Assembly (NCBI GenBank): GCA_003635255.1
Contig: PYJC01000170.1
Coordinates: 2,500-66,499, forward strand
Length of the DNA: 64,000 nucleotides
Origin: Candidatus Poribacteria bacterium
Lineage (GTDB): Bacteria; Poribacteria; WGA-4E; WGA-3G
Direction of reading: 5' to 3'
The position numbers were made by a program, and so were the translations under genes. The notes beneath the pieces were generated by a model. It searched no databases. It was not told the origin of the DNA and was given only the letters and a program-made list of their open reading frames with translations. Below, in pieces: positions 35,189 through 45,632 of this stretch (position 1 is its first letter; each line of letters starts with the position of its first letter).

Positions 35189-36577
35189 ATGTCTACGTAT
35201 GATGTCGGAATTATCGGTGGGGGACCTGGTGGGTATGTCGCCGCTATTAAAGCGGCACAACTCGGTGGCAGCGTCTGCCTCATAGAAAAAGGTGAGTGGG
35301 GCGGTACCTGCCTGAATCGGGGTTGCATCCCGACGAAAACCCTTTTTGCTGTTGCCAATCTCGCAACGCAGGTTCAAGATGCATCTGACTTCGGTGTGCA
35401 TATCAGCGGTGAAGCAACAATTGACTACCCGCAGGTATTAGCGCACAAAACCTCGGTGATTGAACAGCTCACGGGTGGTATCGCACAACTACTGAAAGCG
35501 AACGGCGTTGATACCCTCAATGGAACAGCAACGCTGACCGATAGAAACACAATTATCGTCAACAAACCTGATGGTACAACCGAGCAGTTGCATGCGGAAA
35601 ATATAATTATCGCCACAGGTTCCGAACCCGCAGAGCCACCTATCTTTGAAATTGATGAGACCCAAGTCTTGACGACAACAGGCATTCTCAACCTCACAGA
35701 GCTCCCCGAAAGCCTGCTGATTGTAGGCGGTGGCGTTTCGGGATGCGAGTTTGCTTCAATCTTCAACGCGCTCGGTTGCCAAGTGACCGTGTTAGAACTC
35801 CTTCCGACAATTTTGGCGACCGAGGATGTCCAAGTCATCCGACACATCCAACTTTTTATGAAGCGAAAGGGGATCACTATCCATACGGGTGCGAAACTCA
35901 CACACGTCAAGAAATCGGATATGGATGTCACGGCAGTGCTTGAATCCGCCGAAGAGATCACAGCAGAAAAAATGCTCGTCTCAATTGGGAGACGTTACAA
36001 CACTGAGAACATAGGATTAGAAAAGATTGGCGTTCGCACAGAGAACGGAAAAATCGTCGTGGATACACGGATGCAAACGAATGTGACCGGTATCTACGCC
36101 GTAGGGGATGTCGCCAGTCGGTATCTATTAGCACACGTCGCATCGGCAGAAGGAAAGGTTGCGGCACAAAACTGTCTCGGTAACCCTATTGAGATGGATT
36201 ACCAAGTCATTCCGTGGTGTGTTTTTACCTTACCCGAAATTGGACATGTCGGCATGACGGAAAAAGAGGCGACAGATGAAGGCTACGAGGTAAAAGTAGG
36301 ACGGTTCCCCTATGCAGCAAACGGGAAGGCGTTGGGACTACGCGAGACGGATGGGTTTGTTAAGACCGTCTCGGATGCCGATAGCGGGGATATTCTTGGT
36401 GTTCATATCGTCGGTGCACAGGCTTCAAACCTTATCCATGAAGCCGCTGTCGGGGTGCGTCTCGGCGCAGCTGCAGTAGATATAGCACACACTGTTCACG
36501 CGCATCCGACGCTTTCAGAAATGGTGATGGAATCCGCAGAAGCAGCGTACGACAGAGCGATTCACAGTCTACACTAA
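35189..36577 (+). CDS. lpd: Dihydrolipoyl dehydrogenase (E3)
   Basis: FAD motif GGGPGGYVAAIKAAQLG; redox disulfide GGTCLNRGCIPTK; C-terminal HAHPTLSE. Confidence 0.92.
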   Translation: MSTYDVGIIGGGPGGYVAAIKAAQLGGSVCLIEKGEWGGTCLNRGCIPTKTLFAVANLATQVQDASDFGVHISGEATIDYPQVLAHKTSVIEQLTGGIAQLLKANGVDTLNGTATLTDRNTIIVNKPDGTTEQLHAENIIIATGSEPAEPPIFEIDETQVLTTTGILNLTELPESLLIVGGGVSGCEFASIFNALGCQVTVLELLPTILATEDVQVIRHIQLFMKRKGITIHTGAKLTHVKKSDMDVTAVLESAEEITAEKMLVSIGRRYNTENIGLEKIGVRTENGKIVVDTRMQTNVTGIYAVGDVASRYLLAHVASAEGKVAAQNCLGNPIEMDYQVIPWCVFTLPEIGHVGMTEKEATDEGYEVKVGRFPYAANGKALGLRETDGFVKTVSDADSGDILGVHIVGAQASNLIHEAAVGVRLGAAAVDIAHTVHAHPTLSEMVMESAEAAYDRAIHSLH

Positions 36578-37479
36578 AAACGGGCAGCTTCCTGAAGTTC
36601 TTGATACCGAGATGAAATCTCGGAAAATGCTACACGCTTTTGCCGCTCGACGCTAAAATCTTCAATGTTAAAAGAGGCGACAACCGCTCCATATACCATA
36701 GCACTGCGTATCGTTGCCTCCGATGTATCCCCAACGGAAGCAAGGTAACCCATCATCCCACCCGCAAAACTATCGCCAGCACCTGTCGGGTCGGTTACTT
36801 GCGTAAGCGGATACGCTGGGGCATTGAAGAAGGACGATTTGGTGATACTTATGGCACCATGCTCCCCTTTTTTGACGATAACCCGCGTTGGACCATAGTG
36901 CAGAATCGTTTCTGCAGCACGCACCAAGTTAGCATCCCCCGTCAGCAGTCGCGCTTCACTATCATTCAAAATAAGAACATCTACACGTGCTAAGAGTGCC
37001 TCTAACGCCTCTCGTTCCTCGTTAATCCAAAAATCCATCGTATCACAGACGATCAGTTTCGGATTTGCCGCCTGTTCAATGATACTCAGCTGCAGCACCG
37101 GCGAGTTATTCGCCAAAAAAAGATAGGGCGCATCTTTGTACGCTTCGGGCAAAACGGGCTGAAAATCTTCAATAACATTCAACTCTGTGAAGAGGGTATC
37201 ACGCACGTTAAAGTCTTCAGTATAACGACCACCCCATCGAAACGATTTACCACCTTCAACCCGCTCTAATCCTTGGAGATCAATGCCCCGCGTTGCGAGG
37301 AAATCCGTGTACACATGCGGAAAATCAGCACCGACAACACCGATGAGCTGAACAGTGTTCCCAAAAAAACTTGCGGCGACAGCAGCATAAACGCCAGAAC
37401 CACCAAGAACATCCTCAACGCGTCTATTTGGTGTTTCTACCGTATCTAAAGTAACCGTTCCAACGACTAAAATTCCCAT
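36574..37479 (-). CDS. PfkB-family carbohydrate/nucleoside kinase (possibly adenosine kinase)
   Basis: DPTGAGDSFAGG anion-hole motif; ribokinase-like; sits downstream of ahcY in the methyl-cycle cluster. Confidence 0.75.
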   Translation of the reverse strand: MGILVVGTVTLDTVETPNRRVEDVLGGSGVYAAVAASFFGNTVQLIGVVGADFPHVYTDFLATRGIDLQGLERVEGGKSFRWGGRYTEDFNVRDTLFTELNVIEDFQPVLPEAYKDAPYLFLANNSPVLQLSIIEQAANPKLIVCDTMDFWINEEREALEALLARVDVLILNDSEARLLTGDANLVRAAETILHYGPTRVIVKKGEHGAISITKSSFFNAPAYPLTQVTDPTGAGDSFAGGMMGYLASVGDTSEATIRSAMVYGAVVASFNIEDFSVERQKRVAFSEISSRYQELQEAARF

Positions 37480-37531
37480 ACACTAAAACCTATCTTCCAA
37501 ATACATTGTGTACACCCAATTCCGTTTAGGA

Positions 37532-37762
37532 TTAAAAAGGGCCAGGTCTATTTTTATTTTCGCGGAACGCGCGGATAACCCGCCGCAGTCGGCGAATAAA
37601 AATCACACTGAGTACGATAACTAATGGATACTGCAAGAAACTCAGCACTCTTACCATCGGCGGCGGGAATTGTATTGCCTGAGAAGATGCTGCCCAGATC
37701 AGTAACAATAACACCGCCGACAGGAGTATTATCATACCTTCCAAAATTTCTGATTTCTTCAT
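37532..37762 (-). CDS. Small 2-TM membrane protein (hypothetical)
   Basis: GAGGGG RBS; two hydrophobic helices; lies between ahcY and the kinase gene. Confidence 0.35.
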   Translation of the reverse strand: MKKSEILEGMIILLSAVLLLLIWAASSQAIQFPPPMVRVLSFLQYPLVIVLSVIFIRRLRRVIRAFRENKNRPGPF

Positions 37763-37904
37763 AAGCACCCCTCACAAAGCGAAATGCTAAGCCTTCTAAA
37801 AAACTAACGAGGTTTAAAACCTCGTTAGCAAAACCAATAGTTGAACCGATAAAGGTAGAGGCACGTCACGACAATATATGAATTGTGCCAACGGAGAAGC
37901 AACA

Positions 37905-39167
37905 CTAAGTTCCCATCTCCCACGAGTTGAGATATTTCTCTTGCTCCGCGGTGAGTATGTCAATTTCAACGCCAAACGCTTCCAACTTCAACTGTGCCAC
38001 AGTCTCATCAATGGATTTAGGAACATCATACACCCGATTCTCAAGCTGATCACCGTTTTTAGCGATGTATTCAAGAGAGAGTGCTTGGTTGGCAAAACTC
38101 ATATCCATAACACTCGCCGGATGTCCTTCCGCAGCAGCAAGGTTCACCAACCGACCTTCACCGACAAGGTAGAGTTTCCTACCATCTTCAAGGGTATATA
38201 CGTCTACATAGGGACGGGCATTTCCCGTATCAACACTCAATTCCTCAAGCGCAGGAATGTCGATCTCGACATTGAAATGACCAGAATTCGCAATAATCGC
38301 GCCATCTTTCATCGCTTCAAAATGTTCCTTACGCAAGACATGAATATCCCCGGTGAGTGTAACAATCAGATCCGCTTCCTGAACCGCTTTCTGCATCGGC
38401 ATGACTCGGAAACCATCCATTACTGCTTCCAGCGCTCTCAAAGCGGTAACCTCGGTTACGATGACGTTCGCGCCTAAACCGCGTGCGCGACTTGCGACAC
38501 CTCTGCCGCACCATCCATAACCCGCCACAACAACCGTCGCGCCAGCAATCAATAGGTTCGTCGCCCTGATAATACCGTCCAGTGTGCTTTGCCCAGTGCC
38601 GTATCTATTATCAAAAAAATGCTTTGTCTGTGCGTCGTTCACAGCGATAATCGGGTATTTCAGCACGCCTTCATTTGCCATACTTTTGAGTCTGATCACC
38701 CCTGTTGTTGTCTCTTCCGTTCCCGCAACGACCTGCTCGACTAAGGCAGGATTTGTCTCTTCAGAATGAAGTCTCGAAACGAGATCAGCACCGTCATCCA
38801 TAGTGATAGTCGGTTGTAAATCAAGCGTTGCATCAATGTGTTTGTAATAGGTTTCTGTATCTTCCCCGTTAATAGCAAAAACACCGATCTCCTCGTCAAC
38901 GACAAGGGATGCGGCGACATCGTCCTGTGTACTGAGCGGGTTTGACGCACAGACAACGGCTTCCGCACCACCGGCTTTCAGCGTCTTCATCAAGTTTGCT
39001 GTTTCAGTTGTGACGTGTAGACACGCAGCCACCCTTAATCCTTCTAAAGGACGCTCATTTTGGAATCGCTCACGGATGGAATCTAAAACAGGCATGAATC
39101 GATTTGCCCAATCAATACGTTGTTTACCATCCGAGGCAAGCGCTGTTGTTTTTATATCGTAGTTCAT
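37905..39167 (-). CDS. ahcY: Adenosylhomocysteinase
   Basis: 420 aa; NAD-binding GYGWCGRG motif; full-length SAHH architecture. Confidence 0.92.
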   Translation of the reverse strand: MNYDIKTTALASDGKQRIDWANRFMPVLDSIRERFQNERPLEGLRVAACLHVTTETANLMKTLKAGGAEAVVCASNPLSTQDDVAASLVVDEEIGVFAINGEDTETYYKHIDATLDLQPTITMDDGADLVSRLHSEETNPALVEQVVAGTEETTTGVIRLKSMANEGVLKYPIIAVNDAQTKHFFDNRYGTGQSTLDGIIRATNLLIAGATVVVAGYGWCGRGVASRARGLGANVIVTEVTALRALEAVMDGFRVMPMQKAVQEADLIVTLTGDIHVLRKEHFEAMKDGAIIANSGHFNVEIDIPALEELSVDTGNARPYVDVYTLEDGRKLYLVGEGRLVNLAAAEGHPASVMDMSFANQALSLEYIAKNGDQLENRVYDVPKSIDETVAQLKLEAFGVEIDILTAEQEKYLNSWEMGT

Positions 39168-39208
39168 TTATTTCCTTTTGTGTGCCGGTATTTTTGAATA
39201 GATCCATT

Positions 39209-40339
39209 CTACCGGAGTTTTTCGACGTAATCGGTCTCTTCCCAAGTAAACCCAGGTTCCTCGCGCCCAAAATGCCCATACGCAGCAGTATTCTGATAGA
39301 TAGGTTGACGTAATTTCAGGCGTTCAATGATACCAACTGGCGTTAAATCGAAGTGCGTGTTGATAAGTTTCGTGAGTGCTTCTTCATCACCAGTGCCAAA
39401 CGTATCTACCATAACAGAAATAGGTTCACTTCTACCAATCGCATAAGAGATTTGAATTTCACACCGCTCTGCAAGCCCAGCGGCAACAAGATTTTTGGCG
39501 ACATGACGCGCAGCATAAGTTGCACTCCGGTCCACTTTAGTCGGGTCTTTTCCTGAGAGCGCGCCACCGCCGTGTCGTCCCATACCTCCGTATGTATCAA
39601 CAATAATTTTCCGACCCGTTAATCCAGCATCCCCTTGCGGGCCCCCAGTAACAAAACGTCCCGTCGGATTGATATGATATTTAATGTCCGGACTTTGGAG
39701 ATTTTCAGGGATGATCTCTTTGATGACCCCTTCAATAATTGCTTCTCGCAATTCAGTATCCGCAACATCAGGATCGTGTTGTGAAGAGATAACAACTGTG
39801 GTCACCGCTTTAGGTGTGTTGTCAACATATTCAACGGTCACCTGAGATTTTCCATCGGGTCGGATAAACGGGAGGGTACCATCTTTACGTACTTTAGCCA
39901 ACTGCCGTGTCAATTGATGGGCAAGGGTAATCGGCATTGGCATCAATTCTGGGGTTTCGGTGCACGCATATCCAAACATTAACCCTTGATCTCCAGCACC
40001 CCCGGGGTTTACACCCATTGCAATATCGGGAGACTGCTTATCAATGATACTCAATACGGCACTTCGCTCGGCATCAAAACCGTATTCAATATCGGTGTAA
40101 CCGATATCGGTAAGCACTCTTCGGGCAATCTGTTGCGCATCATAGTTCGCCGTAGTAGTGATCTCACCCGTAATAACAGCAAGTCCAGTTGTAACCAAGG
40201 TTTCACAGGCAACTCTACCCATCGGGTCTGTTGTGAATATGGTATCAAGGACCGCATCCGAGATTTGGTCCGCAATCTTGTCCGGATGTCCTTCAGTGAC
40301 AGATTCGGACGTAAACAGAAAATTCTTGCTCAATTCCAC
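39209..40339 (-). CDS. metK: S-adenosylmethionine synthetase
   Basis: [16 protein letters not shown] and [16 protein letters not shown] motifs. Confidence 0.95.
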   Translation of the reverse strand: MELSKNFLFTSESVTEGHPDKIADQISDAVLDTIFTTDPMGRVACETLVTTGLAVITGEITTTANYDAQQIARRVLTDIGYTDIEYGFDAERSAVLSIIDKQSPDIAMGVNPGGAGDQGLMFGYACTETPELMPMPITLAHQLTRQLAKVRKDGTLPFIRPDGKSQVTVEYVDNTPKAVTTVVISSQHDPDVADTELREAIIEGVIKEIIPENLQSPDIKYHINPTGRFVTGGPQGDAGLTGRKIIVDTYGGMGRHGGGALSGKDPTKVDRSATYAARHVAKNLVAAGLAERCEIQISYAIGRSEPISVMVDTFGTGDEEALTKLINTHFDLTPVGIIERLKLRQPIYQNTAAYGHFGREEPGFTWEETDYVEKLR

Positions 40340-40493
40340 CTCTCCTACTCTACGTATCTACTTCCACCCTGTTTTCGGACAGCGTCTCAGTGGCTTTTCA
40401 AGGCTTTGCCCACGAGACAATGGGTGGGTACATGTACCCACCCGTACAGTTGCAATAACAAAAGCATGATTCTGAGATCAAGAAGTGAAAATG

Positions 40494-42854
40494 CTAATTT
40501 TTCGAGTCTTCCGCGTTCTCAGGATTTTCCGAACTTTCGGAATTATCAGCATCTTCGACGCTCTCAGCACTTTCAGCACTCTCAACGTCTTCAACGCTCT
40601 CAGCATCTTCAACAACCTCGACACTTTCAACACTTTCAGCATCTTCAACAACCTCGACGCTTTCAACGCTCTCAGCACTTTCAACGTTCTCGGCGTTTGA
40701 CTTACCCATCTCCTCTTTGAGCAAGGCACCCAACGTAGTGACCGTCTCTTCCGGCTGCAACTGGCGTCGCGGTTCCCGTTCTCGCCGTGAGCGAGATGGA
40801 CGTTCAGGACGCGCTTTGGACGGCTTTTCTTCTTCTTCAGGTGCGGCGGCGCGTTCTTGCTCGGCAAGAAGAGCCTTTAAACTCAGCCCGATACGCCGAT
40901 CTTTCGGCGATAGGTTGATCACTTTTAAGTCCAACTCGTCACCCACGGAGACGATCTCCTCCGGCTTTTCAATTCGCCGGTCAGCAAGTTCAGAGATGTG
41001 AATTAAGCCCTCAATACCTTCTTCAAGTTTAGTGAACGCCCCAAAACTTGTGAGATTGACCACTGTACCACGCACGACAGAACCGACCTTATACTTCTCG
41101 GGTACTTCTGCCCACGGATCAGGCTGGGTCTGTTTGAGCCCTAATGAGACCCGACGTTCAGCCGCGTCAATCTGTAGAACGACTACCTCAATTTCGCTGC
41201 CTTCCTTAAGGGCATCGTTGGCAGCTGCGCCGCGTTTCGTCCACGAGAGGTCAGAAGTATGAATTAACCCATCAATTCCCGGCTCAATTTCAACAAACGC
41301 ACCAAAACTGGTCAAGTTGCGGATACGCCCCGTGATCTTGCTACCGACAGGTGATCTTTGTTCTAAGAGTTCCCAAGGATTCTGCTGTAGCTGCTTGAGT
41401 CCAAGTGAAATGCGCTTGTCTTCCCTTGAGATTTCAAGCACAACCGCTTCAATCTCATCACCTTTATTAACGATGCGTGAAGGGGCGACATTGCGACGTG
41501 TCCACGCCATTTCAGAGACATGAATCAGACCTTCAACGCCTTCTTCCAACTGTAAAAACGCACCGTAGTTCACAATGTTGACAACAACCCCACGAACCGT
41601 AGAACCAACTGGATATTTATCCTCAATGTTCGCCCATGGATCGGGAGTCATCTGTTTCAAACCCAACGAAATTTTCTCGTTTTCTTGACCGATACCAATA
41701 ACCTGGACTTCAATCTCATTACCGACTGAGACAACTTCGGATGGATGATGGATACGCTTCCATGCCATATCCGTTTTATGGAGTAAACCATCAACACCGC
41801 CAAGATCAACAAACGCACCAAAAGCGGTAATATTCTTCACCACACCTGTGACATGTTGACCGACTTCAAGTGTGTTGAGAATTTCTGATCGTTTTTGGAC
41901 AAGTTCAGCTTCCAACCAAGCACGACGAGATAAAACGATGTTATGCCGCCGCTTACTTAGGCTGATAACTTTCATATCAAGCGTCTGTCCTACATACTGC
42001 TCAAGGTTCTGGATAGGACGCAACTCAACTTGTGAAGCCGGTAAAAAGCCTCGCAGGGACCCGACGCTTACCCGTAGCCCCCCCTTAATCCGTTCAGTAA
42101 TACGACCTTGCACAGGCGTACCAGCCTCATGCGCAGTCGCTATCTCGTCCCAAATGAGGGTCTGATCGGCTATCTTCTTCGAAAGGACTATCTGTCCTTC
42201 GGAGTCCTCACGCCGCACGATATAGACATCAATTTCATCGCTAACCTGTACAGCGGGCAAGCCGTCTTGCCCAGGTTCAAATTCGGAGGCAGGGATATAA
42301 CCTTCCGACTTAAAGCCGATATCAATCATCACCTCATCACGATTGACATCTACGACAACTCCTTTGACAATCTCTCCGTCTGTAAATGCCTTTATTGAAT
42401 TATCATACGCTTCCTCAAGAGATTCCGGACTCATTGCCTCCGATGGTTCTTCTGTCGCAGCAGTTTCTTCAGGTGCCACCTCATCAGTAGGCACCGCCGC
42501 CTCCTCAGCCTCAGCAACAACTTCTGTCATCTCCTCAGGCGCGGTCTCATCGGTAAGTGCTACCGCTTCCTCTTCGGAATCAGCCTCGTTAGCAGCCGTT
42601 TCTACTGTCTCTTCCGGATTCGTCTCATCAACTTGTTCAGGATCCGTATCGCCAGTAGGCACTTCCTCTTCACTACTCGTGACTTCTTCTTGCTCCTCAA
42701 CATCTGCGTCTGTTGCTGAAGCTGCTTCCGCAGCTTCTGGAGCCTCTGTTTCGCTCACTACTTCCTGATTCACCTCAGCCGATCCCTCAGCTGTGTGTTT
42801 TTCTTCTTCCACATCAACGGTGGACGCATTCATATTTGCCTGTTCGTTGTTCAT
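40494..42854 (-). CDS. rpsA: 30S ribosomal protein S1 with long acidic N- and C-terminal low-complexity extensions
   Basis: Six S1 domains; 786 aa; the C-terminal VE(D/S)AESVE repeats are encoded by tandem DNA repeats at 40500-40700. Confidence 0.85.
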   Translation of the reverse strand: MNNEQANMNASTVDVEEEKHTAEGSAEVNQEVVSETEAPEAAEAASATDADVEEQEEVTSSEEEVPTGDTDPEQVDETNPEETVETAANEADSEEEAVALTDETAPEEMTEVVAEAEEAAVPTDEVAPEETAATEEPSEAMSPESLEEAYDNSIKAFTDGEIVKGVVVDVNRDEVMIDIGFKSEGYIPASEFEPGQDGLPAVQVSDEIDVYIVRREDSEGQIVLSKKIADQTLIWDEIATAHEAGTPVQGRITERIKGGLRVSVGSLRGFLPASQVELRPIQNLEQYVGQTLDMKVISLSKRRHNIVLSRRAWLEAELVQKRSEILNTLEVGQHVTGVVKNITAFGAFVDLGGVDGLLHKTDMAWKRIHHPSEVVSVGNEIEVQVIGIGQENEKISLGLKQMTPDPWANIEDKYPVGSTVRGVVVNIVNYGAFLQLEEGVEGLIHVSEMAWTRRNVAPSRIVNKGDEIEAVVLEISREDKRISLGLKQLQQNPWELLEQRSPVGSKITGRIRNLTSFGAFVEIEPGIDGLIHTSDLSWTKRGAAANDALKEGSEIEVVVLQIDAAERRVSLGLKQTQPDPWAEVPEKYKVGSVVRGTVVNLTSFGAFTKLEEGIEGLIHISELADRRIEKPEEIVSVGDELDLKVINLSPKDRRIGLSLKALLAEQERAAAPEEEEKPSKARPERPSRSRREREPRRQLQPEETVTTLGALLKEEMGKSNAENVESAESVESVEVVEDAESVESVEVVEDAESVEDVESAESAESVEDADNSESSENPENAEDSKN

Positions 42855-43155
42855 TAAGATACCTGGTCCATTTAAAAACGCGTAACCGCGTTAATCCGCC
42901 AGTTCCTCCTTATATTCAAAGTGCTTTGAACACTTTCAAATCGGTTACGCAATAGTATATCACAAATGCACAAGAAAAGCAACAAGAATTTTTCTATCCG
43001 TATGATTTAACTTTTGGATAGACTTCCCATCGTTCAAAATTTCCTTAACCAGCCCTGCATCGAAGAATTTTCGTTTGACTTTTTTATCTATCTGAGATAA
43101 AATTAAAAAGGTTCCCAGTACCGTAACTAACTTCAATCTATAAGAGGTAATTCCT

Positions 43156-43500
43156 ATGGATTCGACAAAATTAATGAAGCTCCGAGAAGAGTCTGGAATC
43201 AAAATCCTTGAGATAAAAACAGACTTGAGTAGTTACGCAGCATCTGATTTACGGAAGGTACTTGAAGATCTCTTAGCAGAGAAAGTCGAGAGAGTTGTGG
43301 TCAACCTCAGTCAGGTGAGTCATATCAACAGTACGGCTGTTGGTGCCCTTGTAGGTGTTGCAAAACGACTTCGCCAAAGCGGTGGTGACCTTAAAATTTG
43401 CGCGCTTGAGGACAACCTGACGCGCACTTTTAATCTGATCGGCGCTTCCAGTGTCGTCGAAATTTATGAGTCAGAAAACAGTGCCCTTGCCGCATTTTAA
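43156..43500 (+). CDS. Anti-sigma-factor antagonist (STAS), paralog 2 (RsbV-like)
   Basis: ...VSHINSTAVGALVG... phospho-Ser region; directly upstream of the RsbW-like kinase. Confidence 0.8.
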   Translation: MDSTKLMKLREESGIKILEIKTDLSSYAASDLRKVLEDLLAEKVERVVVNLSQVSHINSTAVGALVGVAKRLRQSGGDLKICALEDNLTRTFNLIGASSVVEIYESENSALAAF

Positions 43501-43517
43501 AATCAAGCAAATTTTAC

Positions 43518-43973
43518 ATGGAAAACTCAGACATCAAACTTAAAATTCCGAGTGCCAACTTCTATATAGAACCTACTCGGGCATTTATTGGAAACCTCGC
43601 ACAAAGCCTCGGATTCTCCAGAAAACGTGTGGCAGACATCCAACTGGTGCTTGATGAAATCTGCAGCAACGCAGTACACCACGGCTCGGTTGACGCTACG
43701 GTCGGCGTTAAATTACGAATCAGGATTGATACTAATTCGCTTGAAATTTTAGTGAGGGATACCGGCTCAAGGCATACAGGGGAAAAAAACTGGTTAACGC
43801 ATGAAAGACTCTCAGAAATTGAAGCAAATCGTTCCCCATGCAGTGAGAGCGGACACGGTATTTTCATCGCAAAATCGCTCGCGGATACTTATGAGATGCA
43901 ACCCAACGCGGCAGGTGGAACAGATGTTCGAGTCGTTTTTGGACGCCTAAAACCCAGCGATCTTAAACTTTAG
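43518..43973 (+). CDS. Anti-sigma factor serine kinase (RsbW/SpoIIAB-like, HATPase_c_2)
   Basis: N-box LVLDEICSNAVHHG; G-box GHGIFIAKSLAD; 151 aa. Confidence 0.75.
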   Translation: MENSDIKLKIPSANFYIEPTRAFIGNLAQSLGFSRKRVADIQLVLDEICSNAVHHGSVDATVGVKLRIRIDTNSLEILVRDTGSRHTGEKNWLTHERLSEIEANRSPCSESGHGIFIAKSLADTYEMQPNAAGGTDVRVVFGRLKPSDLKL

Positions 43974-45157
43974 CCTTCCACAACCTCAATAGCAATGAGT
44001 GTCAGATCGTCTTCTTTAGGGCAGGTATCCGTGAAAACATCAATAGCTTCTGAGATGTTAGCAATAAGTTTCGCAGCAGGCTGCCTCGTGCAAGCGCACA
44101 CTAATTTTTCGAGCCGTTCCACTGTAAACTCCTCACCTTGCGGGTTTTTCGCTTCATAAACACCATCTGTATAGAGAAACACCCTACTGGATCGGTCAAA
44201 CGGATAGCGCATAGTTTCATAAACCGATTCCTGCCAAATTCCCAACCCATTTCCCGTATTTTTATCGCCAATGGTCTGATATGTCTGTTGGTCCTCATGA
44301 TACAAAAGCGGGAATGAGTGCCCCGCATTCGCGCAAACGAGTTCCCCTTTGTTCAGATTAATGATACCGCAGAAGGCTGTTGCAAACATAAACAGCCGTG
44401 AACTAATCAAATCGTTGAAACGCGTATTTAATATTTCAAGAAGGGCCCCTGGATTATCCTCTATCTGTTGCTGGAATTCCGCCAAAATCGTTTTGATGAA
44501 AACCGTTACGAAAGCCGCTGAAACACCGTGTCCCATAACATCAGAAATAAAAACGCCGAGTCGGTTCGGCGCAATTTCCCAGATATCAAAAAAATCTCCA
44601 CCAACCGCCATTTCAGGACAGCAGCGGGAAGCAATGCGAAATCCCGATAACTCCTGCACCCCATCCTGAGGAATCAGTATTTCCTGAATGCTCCGTGCCA
44701 TTTGGAGTTCTTCTTCCAAGCGGGCATTATGTTTCGCAAGCGTGTCTTGGTACTGTTTAATGCGCAAAAGGGATCGGACCCGTGCCAGGACTTCCAAACT
44801 ATCAAAAGGCTTCTCAATAAAATCGTCCGCACCTGCCTCAATAGACTTAATCCGATTTTCGCGTGTGTCGCGCAGTGCCGTTATCATTACAATCGGAATA
44901 AATTCAGTCGCTTCATTTGTTCGAATGCGTTTGACGACTTCAAAACCGTCCATCTTCGGCATGTTGATATCCAATAAAATGAGATCTGGCATCTCTTTTT
45001 CTACAACATCAAGTGCCTCAAGGCCATCTGCAGCTGTGTAGACCGTGTATCCTCGCGCATTTAACTGAATTTGGAGAATTTTGACATTTCGCGGTTCATC
45101 ATCAACAACAAGGATTTTCGCCATTTCTTGCTGTTCAGAAGTCATTTCATCGTTCAT
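43970..45157 (-). CDS. Response-regulator receiver fused to a PP2C/SpoIIE phosphatase (RsbY/RsbU-like)
   Basis: REC ILVVDDEP...DLILLDINMPKMDG...; PP2C GGDFFDIW...LYTDGV. Confidence 0.8.
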   Translation of the reverse strand: MNDEMTSEQQEMAKILVVDDEPRNVKILQIQLNARGYTVYTAADGLEALDVVEKEMPDLILLDINMPKMDGFEVVKRIRTNEATEFIPIVMITALRDTRENRIKSIEAGADDFIEKPFDSLEVLARVRSLLRIKQYQDTLAKHNARLEEELQMARSIQEILIPQDGVQELSGFRIASRCCPEMAVGGDFFDIWEIAPNRLGVFISDVMGHGVSAAFVTVFIKTILAEFQQQIEDNPGALLEILNTRFNDLISSRLFMFATAFCGIINLNKGELVCANAGHSFPLLYHEDQQTYQTIGDKNTGNGLGIWQESVYETMRYPFDRSSRVFLYTDGVYEAKNPQGEEFTVERLEKLVCACTRQPAAKLIANISEAIDVFTDTCPKEDDLTLIAIEVVEG

Positions 45158-45573
45158 GTTTCCGTCCTACTGAGATGGGTTTCTACACGCTCAACCAGTA
45201 TGTTGATGTCAATTGGCTTACTGAGATAATCATCGCAGCCCGCTTTGAGGATCCGTTCCCTGTCGCCAGACATCGCTGCAGCGGTCAGCGCGATAATTGG
45301 TATATCCACCCACGCCAGATTCGCTTTGATCCGCCTTGTTAAATCCTCGCCGCTTTGTCCGGGTAAGGCAATATCCATAAGAATTAACTGTGGCATTGTA
45401 TCTTCCAAACTGGCGAGTGCCTCCGCAGCATCAGTCGCTTCCACAACTGTATAGCCTTTTGATTGTAGGACAATCCGCACAACTTTTCGGTTCAACTCTT
45501 GGTCTTCAATTACCAAGATCCGCTTTGGTGTTTCTACCTGTTCTTCGGATGGAGGTGGTTTTTCAGTTTTCAC
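45154..45573 (-). CDS. Stand-alone CheY-like response-regulator receiver
   Basis: ILVIEDQELN...LILMDIALPGQSG...KPI. Confidence 0.8.
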   Translation of the reverse strand: MKTEKPPPSEEQVETPKRILVIEDQELNRKVVRIVLQSKGYTVVEATDAAEALASLEDTMPQLILMDIALPGQSGEDLTRRIKANLAWVDIPIIALTAAAMSGDRERILKAGCDDYLSKPIDINILVERVETHLSRTET

Positions 45574-45632
45574 AGGTTGCCCTCGTTCAAAATAGCAGTG
45601 GCACAGTGCTAAACCGCTATGCCCCAGCCGCT

